64,000 bases of DNA from Acutalibacteraceae bacterium (GTDB taxonomy: Bacteria > Bacillota > Clostridia > Oscillospirales > Acutalibacteraceae): contig JAZOQF010000193.1 in the NCBI GenBank assembly GCA_045655905.1, forward strand, positions 1,102 to 65,101. Direction: 5' to 3'. The notes beneath the pieces were generated by a model, which did not search any database, had not been told where the DNA came from, and saw only the letters and a list, made by a program, of their open reading frames with translations. How positions within the stretch are numbered: the stretch's first letter is position 1; every line of letters starts with the position of its first letter. Position numbers and translations under genes: made by a program. Below, piece after piece: positions 47,045 to 58,592 of this stretch.

Positions 47045-49303
47045 TCAAATCGAGATTATTTTCGCGGATTCGGAGTTCGCAATTTTGGCTCCGACCGCGG
47101 TTTTGCCTTTTAGGGCAAGGGTCTTTTTACTGCACCTTGTAATTTTTGCATCGTCAATCAAATAATAGAGTTCATCTACCTTTGCAATTAAGGTTGTTTT
47201 TTCCGCAATTACCTGACCCTTTCCGCCTTTCGCAGTTAAATGAAATTCGGAGATAGGTGTTCTTTTTCCCTTACCTTCCGCAATACACACAACTTCTTCT
47301 GTATCATGCCCAATTGCGGCAGATACAACAACATCAGCCATTCCCTTAATTCCAACAGTAGTTCTACCTGTTGCGCTAATACTTGAAACTGCAAGTTTAA
47401 GAACTCCACCACCAGCACCAAGCAAGAGTAAGTTATCATGCTCTGCCGCGCATCCGCACCAAAGCAGTTCGTCTCCTTCTTTAATCTTGACTGCCGCACC
47501 AGATCGTCTCGACTTCGTATACTCCGAAATTGCGGTCTTTTTGATTATTCCGTTTTTGCTAACAGTTATCAAGTAATCTTTTTCAAGTGTAGGAAGAACT
47601 TGTACAAGCTCTTTCGCCGCGATTTCGTTTTCCATTCCAACGCCTAACTCGGCACAATTTACTAAATACATTCGGCCACTCTTGTCAAAAGCATAAACGA
47701 TTGAGGTGTCCTTTGCCATAAAACCAAATTTAACCTTTTGTTTTGTAATTACGGCATTTTTCTTATTCAATACAATTTTATCTTCTGGAATTAGTGGCAA
47801 AATACTATCATTATCAAGTACCAAGTAAAGAAGTGTTGCAGAAGATTTTTCTGTCTCTTCTTCATTTCGCTCAACTTCTTCTTGGACTTTTGTTCTACGA
47901 GGGTCGCCAAACTTTTTCGCAGTTTCTTGCCACCCTGCAATTAGACAACCATTAAAAAGTTCTGGAGTTTCAAGAATTTCTGTAATGCGGGCAATTTCAG
48001 CCTCAAGTTTTTCTTTTTCAGATACTAATTTATTAACTTCGAGTTTTGCCAAACGAGCCAATTTAATATCTAAAATGGCTTTTGCTTGAACTCCATCAAG
48101 AACAAAATTCTCAATCAAGTTCTTTATCGCTTCTGCATTATTGCTGGAATGTTTAATGACCGTAACAACTTCATCAATATTTGCCAAGGCTATCAAAAGG
48201 CCATTAACAATATGGACACGATCTTGGGCTTTTGCTTTGTCAAACTCAAACCCTTTTCTATAAACAATTTTTTCATGGTCAATATGCGCCTATAAAGCCT
48301 GTTTCCAAGTAAAGACTTTCGGGAATCTGCCATCCTCAAGCATTGTCATATTAATGGAATAGAAAGATTGTAGGGAAGTGTTTTTGTATAAAAAATCTAA
48401 AACACGATTATAATTAATTCCCTTTTTTAAATAAATTTCAATTAAAGGTGTTCCTTTAGTCAAATCTTTATATATATCAATTCCGGGGTTTTCATCTCCA
48501 TTTACAATGTTATCAAGCTCACGACAAATGGTATCTGTATAAACTCCATATGGAATTTCAGTTACAATAAGACAGTTTTCTTTTTCAGAGTAAGTAATAA
48601 CCGATCTTAACTTGCACGCTTTGCCCTGGCCGTTCTTAAGACTTTCTCTTACCTCTGCAGGATTAAGAAGAAGGCCACCGGTCGCAAAGTCTGGCATTAT
48701 AATAAGCTCTTCATCCGCGATTTCTGGATTTTGCAAAAGACGAATAAGTGAACTATTCAATTCTTTAATGTTAAATTGAGGAATTGAAGAAGATAAACCA
48801 ATACCAATACCAAAGCCACCATTACAAATATTGTAAAATCCCTTTGACGGCAACACCGCGGGATATTGTTCAGTATCGTCATAGTTATCTCTCCATTCTT
48901 CAATTGTGTTCTTCTTCATATCTGCAAACAAATAATTTGCGACAGAAGAAAGACGAGAAGAGGTGTAACGAGGAGCAGACCAGTTACCACTTTCCATCAA
49001 GTTGCCATAAGAACCTTCAATTTCAACGAGAGGATATCTCATAACAAAAGGCTGTCCGGCTCTCATGATAACGCCCACACAAGAACTGTCTCCATGGATA
49101 TAAAGACGCATTGCAGAACCGACAGATTTAAGAGTTTTCTTAAAAGGCTTGTTTTCTGTAAAACCATCGGTTTCCATACAATAAAAAATTTGACGTGCGG
49201 AGGGTTTTAAGCAGTCTCTTACATCAGCTAATGCTCTACTCTGCAGAACTGCACCAGCATATTGTGAGAAACTTTCTTCAATTATTGGTTTTAATTCTGC
49301 CAT
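47045..49303 (-). CDS. type IIA topoisomerase subunit A (GyrA/ParC-like, 752 aa)
   Basis: Track ORFs 48290-49303 and 47045-48196 share a frame and are joined through TAG 48290. Motifs LKPSARQIFYCM, the catalytic-Tyr region SAPRYTSSRL and NGLLIALANIDEVV. Confidence 0.85.
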
Positions 49304-49306
49304 TTA

Positions 49307-51166
49307 TTACTCCTTTATCATACTAAAATCTATATTTTCAAAAATGAATTTGCGGCGTTTTTCCGCATCTTCACCCATTAATTCTTCTAAAAGTGTTAAA
49401 CCTTCGACATCTGGTGTTAGAACTTCAAGTCTTTGGTATTGCGGTGTGAACATTGAAATGTGGGCCTGGTCTGCGGAAAGAGAACCTAATCCCTTATTGC
49501 GCTGGACTTCACCTACCACTTTACCTCTCGCGGCATCCATTTCTTCATCGGTAAAGAAATAAGATTCTTTTTTTCCGTTCTTTACAATATACAGAGGAGA
49601 TCTCAACCAACACAATCTCCCTTCTTTAATAAATTGGGGCGCGAGCTTGTACAATGCAGCCATGATAAGCAAACCTATGTGACTACCATCACTATCGGCG
49701 TCAGTACATATTGCGACTTTACCATATCTTAATTTACTACTACTGTAATTACCAGGGGTGATGTTCAATGCACTTAACAGCAACTTGATCTCTTCATTGT
49801 CAAAAATATCTTCTTCACTGTTTGCAAGACAATTTATCATTTTTCCTTTCAAACCGAGAATACCATATTTCTCAACATCTCTTGCAACGGCCATTGAACT
49901 CGCTGCACTTTTACCCTCTACCAAAAGCAAAATGCTATCTTGACCAAGAAATTTTGCATCTTTAAGTTTGTCGCTCGCAAACACTTTCTTGCGCTGATTG
50001 ATTTCAACTTCTTTGGTTGCTTCCATAACCTTTTTGCGCGCGTTTTCTGCCGCTGCTTCGGCTTTTACAACCTTGTTCAAAATTTCAACCACTCTTGCAA
50101 AATCCGCAGGGTTTTTCGCCGCGAATTCCTTCAATGCGTTGGTGATTGCTGTTGAAGTCGCGGTTCGAGCCTCGGGGTTTGCCAAAGCGGTCTTTGCTTG
50201 GTTAGAGAACTGACCAACCCTAACTTTAACAGAAACAAAGCCATCAAGAACATCTCTAATCTGCTCACCAGTGAACTTGCCACCGCTTAAATTATTAAAT
50301 GCTTTTGTTAGAGAAGTCCTAAAGCCTGTAATAAAAGCACCACCATCGGGCATAAACAAGCCATTTGCATAACCCCTAATATCACCTTTTTTCTGCACCC
50401 ACTGCAAAGCCAACTCAACTTTACAATCAGGTGTTTCATAAAAATATGAAAAAGGTTTAGATATGGGCTGCGGGTGTTCAAGACCGTCAACCAAACCGTT
50501 TTTACACAAGAAAATTTCTTCAGTTCCATCAACATCCAATACAATCTTCAGTCCAATGGTAAAATAAGAAATTTCTGTGAGCATTCTGCGAAGTGCGGCC
50601 ACATCAATAAAGACATCGCCATAAACCGCAGGGTCGGGCTGATATACAATGTATGTGCCGGTTGCGGGAGTGCCAGGAAATTCTTGCACTTCACTTAACG
50701 GATGTGCGCCTTCATCATTACTCTCAAATTGCTGACGATAAATCTTACCATCACGATGTACTTCTACTTTTAACCATTTGGCGGTATGACAAACTACCTT
50801 ATTTCCTTCTCCGTTAATACCAATTGCGCTTGAATATGCACCTTCTGTATGTTTGCCACCAGAATGGGGGATGAGAAACGCCGCGGTTAACGAGTTAATT
50901 CCATCTTGTCGAATGCCGACGGGAATGCCTCGCATATTATCTTCTACGCTAATTATGCGGTTAATCGTATCAAGACGAATTTTCAAGAAAGGATTTCTTG
51001 GTTTATATATTTCATATTCATCTTGCACATTTACAATCAATTCACGCAGACCAAGGTTAATTGCTTCCTGTCTGTCCGCGCTAAGATACATACCGATCTT
51101 CTCTCGGAACGCGCGGCCAGCAGATAAACTTACTATTTGCTCTGCTCCATAATTTGTTGTTGACAT
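49307..51166 (-). CDS. type IIA topoisomerase subunit B (GyrB/ParE-like, 619 aa)
   Basis: Track ORF with an ATPase N-box ELIVNVQDE, TOPRIM LLVEGKSAASS and CTDADSDGSHI. Confidence 0.85.
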   Translation of the reverse strand: MSTTNYGAEQIVSLSAGRAFREKIGMYLSADRQEAINLGLRELIVNVQDEYEIYKPRNPFLKIRLDTINRIISVEDNMRGIPVGIRQDGINSLTAAFLIPHSGGKHTEGAYSSAIGINGEGNKVVCHTAKWLKVEVHRDGKIYRQQFESNDEGAHPLSEVQEFPGTPATGTYIVYQPDPAVYGDVFIDVAALRRMLTEISYFTIGLKIVLDVDGTEEIFLCKNGLVDGLEHPQPISKPFSYFYETPDCKVELALQWVQKKGDIRGYANGLFMPDGGAFITGFRTSLTKAFNNLSGGKFTGEQIRDVLDGFVSVKVRVGQFSNQAKTALANPEARTATSTAITNALKEFAAKNPADFARVVEILNKVVKAEAAAENARKKVMEATKEVEINQRKKVFASDKLKDAKFLGQDSILLLVEGKSAASSMAVARDVEKYGILGLKGKMINCLANSEEDIFDNEEIKLLLSALNITPGNYSSSKLRYGKVAICTDADSDGSHIGLLIMAALYKLAPQFIKEGRLCWLRSPLYIVKNGKKESYFFTDEEMDAARGKVVGEVQRNKGLGSLSADQAHISMFTPQYQRLEVLTPDVEGLTLLEELMGEDAEKRRKFIFENIDFSMIKE

Positions 51167-51168
51167 TT

Positions 51169-52161
51169 TTATGCCTCCGTACGAATTCTTACGAGTCGAG
51201 GATGTCGCAAGCTGCCATCACTTGTAATTTCCATACAAGAAACAACAGCAACAAGTTCGCCATTTTCTAACATCTGTTGAGCTTCTTCTGTCGCAAGCCA
51301 TTCTCGGTCTGCATCACTCAATCCGCTTGTGACTCTTACTTTTGTGTTGCCATTGAGGACTACGACACCATTTTTCCAGCCAAAATAATAAGGCTTTGTC
51401 ACCGCGACTTCGTCTTTCCAGTATTTCCAACTGTCATGTTCTGTGCCAGTATAAAGTTTGGTAGGCTCAATTAAGTCTACAATAGGCAATTCTAATTCCT
51501 TTGTGATTTTCTTAACCTTGAGAGTTTTCCACGCAGTGCGTTTACCTGGCTCATATTTGGCGTCACAGCGATGAATTACAATTCCTTCACCGCCTCTTGC
51601 AAGAATGTCCTGCAAAAATTCTTCAAATTCAATGAGCTGCCAATTGGTTAAACTAATGTATGTAAAACTTCTTGTGCTTATCAAACCAAAAGCCTCTTCA
51701 AGTCTGGTCACATATCCATAAGAACACAGGTCTTTTCCGCTTACACATAGACAATCAAAAACCTTAAAAACAAGTTTCTTTGTCGCCTGTCTTGCTACGG
51801 CTTTTGCTGGTAAACATCTCAAAATGGAACCAACATCTTTACTTGTCGCAGTTACGTCTTCAAAACAAAGCTCACCCAACAGTACAGTCCCAACTGGGAG
51901 GTTTCTTGCCTCTTCAATAATGTGGGGGATGTGCAATGTTTTATCGCCATATTCACCAGTTACCTTACTAATAGTGCGACTTTGCGCGATAATGCCTTCC
52001 TCGCCTACGATTAGCCGGCACCATTCTCCATCGAACTTTTGAGTAGCAATATAGTCATGATCACGATTTTCAATCATATTTCGCGCATTTGGTAAATCAT
52101 AATTCTGTGGCTGATAATACTTCTGCGGCACCATTGTAGAATAATGTTCAAAAAAGTCCAT
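51169..52161 (-). CDS. ATP-dependent DNA ligase (330 aa)
   Basis: Track ORF with the adenylation motif TQKFDGEW (KxDG). Confidence 0.8.
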   Translation of the reverse strand: MDFFEHYSTMVPQKYYQPQNYDLPNARNMIENRDHDYIATQKFDGEWCRLIVGEEGIIAQSRTISKVTGEYGDKTLHIPHIIEEARNLPVGTVLLGELCFEDVTATSKDVGSILRCLPAKAVARQATKKLVFKVFDCLCVSGKDLCSYGYVTRLEEAFGLISTRSFTYISLTNWQLIEFEEFLQDILARGGEGIVIHRCDAKYEPGKRTAWKTLKVKKITKELELPIVDLIEPTKLYTGTEHDSWKYWKDEVAVTKPYYFGWKNGVVVLNGNTKVRVTSGLSDADREWLATEEAQQMLENGELVAVVSCMEITSDGSLRHPRLVRIRTEA

Positions 52162-52209
52162 TTAGTCCTCCTATATGTTAAAATTTTTCTTTCCTTATTC
52201 TCTATTATT

Positions 52210-52238
52210 ATTATATCAAAAATCGCGGAAAAAGTCAA
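52210..52238 (-). promoter_or_regulatory. sigma70/sigmaA-type promoter
   Basis: Minus strand TTGACT-17 bp-TGaTATAAT upstream of the ligase gene. Confidence 0.7.
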
Positions 52239-52259
52239 ATTTTAAGCCGAAATTAAGGC

Positions 52260-52430
52260 TCAAATAGACTTTTCCGCGTCTTCCATAATTTTATTTATTT
52301 TTTGTTCTATGGAGTCAAGTCGTTGCAAAATTTCTGCAAGCGTTTCTTGTGTTGTATTGTGTTCTTCGATATTTAATGTTTTGCCTTCAAGCTATAAAAG
52401 AAAAGACAGAACGGTTAAAATATCAAGCAC
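52260..52430 (-). CDS. possible small coiled-coil protein (56 aa)
   Basis: GTG start is uncertain. In-frame TAG at 52392. Sequence ...LEGKTLNIEEHNTTQETLAEILQRLDSIEQKINKIMEDAEKSI with a TGA stop. Confidence 0.3.
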
Positions 52431-52450
52431 TTCAATACTATTATTTATAT

Positions 52451-53704
52451 TCAAAACAGTTTTCCTCCGCTTTGCTCTATCTTGTTTGTGGCAGAAAAAT
52501 AAAGCAAAACATCGAAATCAATTAAACAAAGTTGATTTTTCGCGCGAGTAATGGCAACATATGCAATATTACGCTCTTCAGTTGAAGTAATAGGAAAATC
52601 CACAAGCACAACATTGTCATATTCAAGACCTTTTGCTTGATGCACTGTGCTTACATTGACAATATTCATAGACTGAAGTTTTTTAACTTGCTTGTTGCTA
52701 CGGCACAAAATTTGTGTTTTAGGGTCTTCAAGCAGTCTGCGAATTAGAAGCGTGTCATTATAGTGTCGACCATCAACTAAACTTTCGCATTCACCCATTT
52801 CCGCAATTCGATAAATTTGTGCGCCGCTACCTCGTTCACACTCTATATCACAATAGTCCCAAGAGTCAATATCAAGAGTTGAAAATTTACGGTTATTTCC
52901 CGCAATTTCGTAGGTTGCCATCTTTCTAAATTCTTCTGCAAAATCTAAAATTTCTTGGTAACTTCTGTAATTTGTGGTTAACTTAAAAGCATCAAAATCA
53001 TCTAATTTTTCAATTACTTCTTCAAGAGAACCTCTGAATTGGTAAATACTTTGATTAGGGTCTGCAATATAGAACTTTTTAGAGGCTTCGACAAGATTAA
53101 AAACATCATATTGCACAGGGTCGATGTCCTAAAATTCGTCAACAAACAATGCTTGAGTGTCTGTAATTGTTAAACCAAATTCTTCAAGTTTGTCAAGCAA
53201 GTATTTTGGCAAATCGGTAAAATCATAAAGCTGATTACGGGCTTTAAATTTTACATAGTCATGTCGGATAAGCTCAAAAGTGCGCTTAATTTTTTCGTCA
53301 ACATCAACATTATAGTTGCCCATAACAAAACTAAACAAAAGATACTGATTTAAATAATATTGTTTACGATTGTTACAAAGCCGCTTCAAAATTTCTTTAA
53401 TTATGTCTTCTTCAAGCAACTGAACTTTAAACCCATATTGTGCGCTCATTTCCCGCAATTTCGAGAAAGCCCAAGAATGGATTGTGCTAATGCTAATGCC
53501 CATAATTTTAATACGAGATTGTAATTCTGCGGTGGCTTTCTTTGTAAAAGTAATTGCGGTAATATGATGCGTGGGATGCTCATGATGATATTTTTCTATC
53601 GCACCAACAAGTGTCGCAGTTTTACCCGCGCCTGGCGGAGCAATAACCAGCATTTTTTCGCTTTCCGCATCAATTACTTTTTGTTGTGAGGTATTATACA
53701 GCAT
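52451..53704 (-). CDS. UvrD/PcrA-like superfamily 1 helicase (417 aa)
   Basis: Track ORFs 53129-53704 and 52451-53116 share a frame. Walker A APPGAGKT. Motif II reads VDEF-TAG-DIDP, so TAG sits at the conserved Q of DEFQD. YQFRGS is present downstream. Confidence 0.8.
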
Positions 53705-54167
53705 CTTCGCGCTCCTTCAATCCAAGAGTTTCAAGAAAAACTTGAAGATGATGAACAGAGGGAAAAGTATAAATTGCTTCTTCTGGAGAGTACCATCTAA
53801 CTTGCTCGTCAAAATCTTTGAAAACTTCTCTTGCCTTTCGAAGATAATCGTCAAAAACATCAGTATTACCATAGGCAGGAGCCACTGCAAGAATCATGTC
53901 AAATTTCATATTGGAACGCTTGTCAAGGTTGCCGTAAATAATATTATTGGTTTTATCTTTAAACCATTTTTTAGGGCCTTTTGTAGTTCTAAAAGCCTGA
54001 GACAATAGGATATTTGCGGCAGGATAAGGCAATTCATTCTGTTCTTCAAACATAAGAGCCATTTCCTATATAGAAAAGACCTCTGTATCGTCATAGCGGC
54101 CGTGAAGCCCCTGCGCAATATCGAGTATCTGCATTGGGTGTATTGATGTTAAAACTAAAATGTTCAT
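53694..54167 (-). CDS. hypothetical protein (157 aa)
   Basis: ATG 54167 overlaps the RNase H stop (ATGA) and is in frame with track ORF 53694-54062 through TAG 54066. Confidence 0.5.
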
Positions 54168-54616
54168 TTGTCTCCTTCTTTTTCCAGAGCTTTGCGGGCT
54201 TTTACCGCAGTTTTGTCTGCTAAATTGTTATATTCATCGTCTTTATGCGCTTGTGCTTTTAATATTGTTACTTGTAATTGTTCGTATAGTGATAGCATTT
54301 CTTCCCAAAGGTCTTTGTTTTTAACCGGTTCGCCTGACATATTTTTCCATCCGTTGCGACGCCAGCGCGCATACCATTTTGCATCGAAGCAGTTGAAAAC
54401 ATATGCGCTGTCTGTATAGATAGTATGAGGAGATGCGGGAAAAGAGGCTAAATGTCGAAGCGCATTAACCACTGCCAGCATCTCCATGCGATTTCCAGTT
54501 GTGTTACGCTCTGCCCCTGATAAGATTGTAGGGGGAGAGTCGTTGTTTATGATTATGGTAGCCCATCCTCCAATTTGGGACTTGGAGGAGTGGGCGCCGT
54601 CAGTGTAAATTATCAT
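54164..54616 (-). CDS. rnhA: ribonuclease HI (150 aa)
   Basis: Track ORF with motifs IYTDGA, GNRMEMLAV, IYTDSAYV and the WRRNGWKN..G.PVKNKDLW region. Confidence 0.8.
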   Translation of the reverse strand: MIIYTDGAHSSKSQIGGWATIIINNDSPPTILSGAERNTTGNRMEMLAVVNALRHLASFPASPHTIYTDSAYVFNCFDAKWYARWRRNGWKNMSGEPVKNKDLWEEMLSLYEQLQVTILKAQAHKDDEYNNLADKTAVKARKALEKEGDK

Positions 54617-56754
54617 GAAGAGAGGGGATACAAAGAGCCAGTTTTCTCGATATCACCATCGGAATTTCGTCTAACAATTTGTATACATATATTTCCATTT
54701 TCTGCTGTTACAAAAGAAAGCTCGTAAGACTTACCGCCTTTGTCAGAAAAAAACAAAGACTTTAATCCATTTGTTTTATTACCTATAGAAAGTAAATTTG
54801 GCGCAGATGGAACTATATTATGATATAAAATTTTATTGTTTTCGTCCTCTTCTGTACCTATTTTCCACCCCACATGAGAATAGGCGTCATCAAATCCTAA
54901 TCCTGTAACGATTACAGAAGGACTCAATGCAAGTAAGCTTGTTTCGCCGATTGTTTGTTCCCCTACAAAAAGAGAGGGGGCGTTTTTTATTACTTTTTTA
55001 GTTAATTCAGTGTAGGCGCTGGTTAATGTTTTTGGCCATTTAAAAACAATTTTTCCTTTTATTGTTATTGTTACGGTACTGTTACCTACTAATACTATAT
55101 CTTTTATTTCTGTTTCTGAAGCTGGGGCATTGAAGATATTAGAAAAAGCAGTATTCATATTGCCAATTCTAGTTTCTGCAGTATATTTAACAGAAGTATT
55201 GTCACTCTATCCCCTGTCAATATTTTTTATTTTTATCTTTTTTTGTTTTTCTTTTCCTAAAGTTTCTGAGGTTTTTGTGTCTGTGTTTATATCATATTCA
55301 ACGTCATATTGTAGGAAATAACATCCATATTTTTTATAATAGGTTTCTAATCTCCCATCATAGGTAGCTGGTTCAGTAATTAATAAATCAAAATCCTAAC
55401 CAAGAATGGTAGACACATTTATATAATTACTGTATCCTCTGAATGTTTTAGGAGGGGTAATTTCTAAAGATAAACCATTCTCTTTATTGGTTGTAATGGT
55501 AAAATTGTCCTCACCATTTTTTACTTCCTCGCCATTTACTTTTGTTAATTCCCAGACTCTCGAACCAACAATTATAGAAGAAAATACTGAAAAAGGACCT
55601 GGCAGCAATAGCCCTGGACCATAATAGACTATACCAGATTCATAAATAAGTTCAAATTCTGCAATTTCTTCATCCGGTAATTCTATGGTTTGATTGTCCG
55701 ATACAGAGAAGTCATCTAGTCTAGAAGAAATCATACCAGCATGCAATTCAGAGAACGGAGATTCCTTTTCCCCAAGAGCAACACGCTCTCCATCAATTGG
55801 AAAAATACCGTTTTCGGATAGCTCTAGATTTGCAGGCTCTATATATTTTGCCTATAGCGTTGCATCAACCTCAAAACCGCTGTATGAAATTGAAAAATCA
55901 AAATTACAATCATTTTCTGTAGTGCCAGGCCCCTTTATACTAGCTTCGACTGTAAAATACACTTCATCAGCTGAAGAACCTTCATATCTTCTATTGCGTG
56001 TTATAATTTGTACATTCATGGCTACACCGCCATCGTTATATTGATATAACGTTACTGTATTGGCGGCGGTTTCGCAATTGACAAAAATGTCATCTTCTAA
56101 TTCGCAAGCTAAACTGAGGTACCCGCTGGTACCATTTGTATTTGCTTTAAAATTCTTAATACAGAGCATGCCGTCACTAAAATTGGAAATATCAAAGGTT
56201 TTTGACCATCGATATAAATTTTCTATCTAGTCGTCTTTTGTGCGAGGCACTGAAATATTAAAATGCCTTTCTATTTGATCAGGCCTAGTAGTAAAAGTTA
56301 ATGCTTCTGATAGGTCATTAAAGAACATTCCACCACCGCTTTTAGATTCTATATTTATTTTATCTTTGACTTCGGCGCCCGCTATTGCATCAAAAATAAT
56401 TTTTTGAGACGTGTCTTCAGGTTTTGTGCCTGTAGCTGTAATACACGCATTACCAGACTCATCATGGTGCATTTTTAAAACGCCCATGCTGTTTTTCATC
56501 ACAATGCAAGGCAATTTTTCGTCACCTACAACACCCATTTTTACAAAAGACGGAGAATTGTCACTCTAGGTTAATGTAAGTTCTTTTGGTGTTAATTCTG
56601 CCTTGGGGCCGTTGTTTGAAGTTAATGTAATTTGCTCCGGTGCCAGTTCTGTTTTAGGAGGTTCTGTACTATTTTCTTGTGTATCTGCAGTTACTAAAAC
56701 TTTTTTTGTTTTTAAACTTGGCGCCTGAGCATCGCTATAAATTTCTAATGCCAT
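54613..56754 (-). CDS. large hypothetical beta-rich protein (713 aa) with 5 in-frame TAG
   Basis: Five same-frame track ORFs (56566-56775, 56227-56538, 55852-56169, 55396-55746, 54613-55158) are joined through TAG at 56566, 56227, 55852, 55396 and 55207. I translated the gaps by hand. ATGA overlap with rnhA. Confidence 0.6.
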
Positions 56755-56758
56755 TTTA

Positions 56759-57193
56759 TTACCCCACAAGTTCAACTCTATGCCACTTATTCATAACACT
56801 CATTCCAAAACAATTCACAATTGTCTTATAGTTCACGAGCCTCATTAGATTAGCATAAGTCAAACAAAAATTTTTATTTTGACACGACATTCTAAATTCT
56901 TCATGTCGCGGTTCATCCATAATTAAAATATCAATTAAGCATCTTGCCGCAATTAGCTGCAGTTGCAAAAACAGTTCGCCGTCCTTTACAAAATCTGGCA
57001 ATATACACTCAAAAACAGTATTTTCCCGCAATTTCGCAACATCTATTGTTTCAAATGCCTATTCAATTTTGCTATAGTAGTGTTCATAATGTTCCAGATC
57101 GTCATCATCCAATGGAACAATAATCTGCACCACTTCACATTTTTTAAGTGGCCGTTTTACCACCACATTTTTTTCAAAATTAAACAATTTCAT
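56759..57193 (-). CDS. hypothetical protein (144 aa)
   Basis: ATG 57193 with a GGAGAA RBS, TAG at 57059, then the frame of track ORF 56759-57031. Confidence 0.45.
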
Positions 57194-57740
57194 TCTAACT
57201 ATTCTCCAATTCGTTTAAGAAACAAAAAGCGTACAAAGTTCCCCACACATCTGCATAAGCATTATGTTCATTAAAAAGAATATAGCCACCTTCTTTAGCC
57301 ACATCCCTTAACTTGAGGTCCTTTTTACGCTTTAAAAGTTTGCGTGCATTGTTGTAGGTACAATAGCGATGCACAAATTGATCAAAACAAAAACCGTTTT
57401 CACACAGTAAATTTATATCATCGTCAACACCGTGGCTAACAATTAAACAATCTTGTGGATCGATATCGAATATGACCTCTTCCATCAATGCCTTCGCTCC
57501 GGACTGATCAATTCCATTGTCGCAAAGGTAATCATTGTTGATATTTGTGTAATTGCGAAAGAAGCTATTTAGCGCGCGATCAGGTCGTAAATATATGTTA
57601 ATGCTTCTTGTTAATTCATAAATACCTGGTTCTACTTGGCTGAGAATGAGAAAGGCGGTTTGAACCAACAGGCTTTGGTCATACTCGATATCAAAGAAAA
57701 CAATGTTTCTTTGTTCTATGTTTTGTAATTGTATTTTCAA
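57180..57740 (-). CDS. DEDDh-type 3'-5' exonuclease (186 aa)
   Basis: TTG start after an AAGGAAG RBS. Motifs FFDIEYD, SHGVDDDINLL and HNAYADV. TAG 57195 is followed by 4 codons and TAA 57180. Confidence 0.6.
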
Positions 57741-57770
57741 GATATTGTTTCTTCCTTATTTACTGTAATT

Positions 57771-57799
57771 ATTATATCACGGTTTTTGTTAAAAGTCAA
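57771..57799 (-). promoter_or_regulatory. sigma70/sigmaA-type promoter
   Basis: Minus strand TTGACT-17 bp-TGaTATAAT. Confidence 0.7.
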
Positions 57800-57941
57800 A
57801 TTTGTGAAAGTTTATAAGGAAAATTGCAGAAGGTTTATGTTTTGGGAAGGATTAAGTCTCTCCTTATTTTTTCGATGGCCTCTTTACGAATTTTCTCTCT
57901 GGTCTCTTTTAACCACTCTTTGAAATTGGTTACTTTGATTC

Positions 57942-58592
57942 TCATATTTCAACACCCTCTAATTCATAAATATCTACAAAACATTCTTTTGGTAACGTGT
58001 AGGTGCCATCTACATTTTGTTTAATATAAACTATTATAGCCGGTGTCATTATACCTGGAAGATAATTATCATTTTGACAATATAATGGCACAACACGGAA
58101 CTCTTCGCTACTCGAGCTAAAATATGTTACGTAATGAGTACCTGTGTAGTTTCCATCAGTGCCATTATACACGTCCCCCGTAAATAAGTAGTACGATTCC
58201 CATACTACAAAGATATCTACGTCAATATCGTCACCTTCTGCCATATAGGGGACATCATCCGGCGTGCCAAGCACAACTTTTAGGATGCGACGGGTATCTT
58301 CTGCTTCCCACAGTTCTATACCATCACCGTAATTCGAAAATTCATGCGCGCGATAAATATTACCGTTTATGTCAATTTCATCGCCTTCATAAAGCTCACA
58401 ATAATCTATTAAATTTATACGCTTAAAAAGCTTCCATCCGGCAGAAGAAGAAGTTTTACCCTCTTCAACGCCAGCGGCATAAACTTCATCAACCCCCGCC
58501 GCAATTCCGTCGAGTGTTAAAGGTTCTTCTCCACCAGTTTTTGCTCTAATCGCGTCAGCAATAGCTGTCATTTTTTCATTAAAAGTTGCCAT
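57942..58592 (-). CDS. tail fibre / receptor-binding-like protein (216 aa)
   Basis: ATG 58592 (TAATG overlap) with AGGAGG RBS. The N-terminal MTAIADAIRAKTGGEEPLTL motif is one I recall from fibre-type proteins of gut phages. Confidence 0.5.
   Translation of the reverse strand: MATFNEKMTAIADAIRAKTGGEEPLTLDGIAAGVDEVYAAGVEEGKTSSSAGWKLFKRINLIDYCELYEGDEIDINGNIYRAHEFSNYGDGIELWEAEDTRRILKVVLGTPDDVPYMAEGDDIDVDIFVVWESYYLFTGDVYNGTDGNYTGTHYVTYFSSSSEEFRVVPLYCQNDNYLPGIMTPAIIVYIKQNVDGTYTLPKECFVDIYELEGVEI

Noticed and set aside
11232-53704. Interpreting the split TerL, portal, RecJ, GyrA-like and UvrD-like ORFs as pseudogenes, or as genes interrupted by introns or inteins.
   Set aside because: The fragments are always in the same frame and separated by a single TAG or by short TAG-only gaps. 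Conserved motifs continue straight across the junctions. No TAA or TGA interrupts them.
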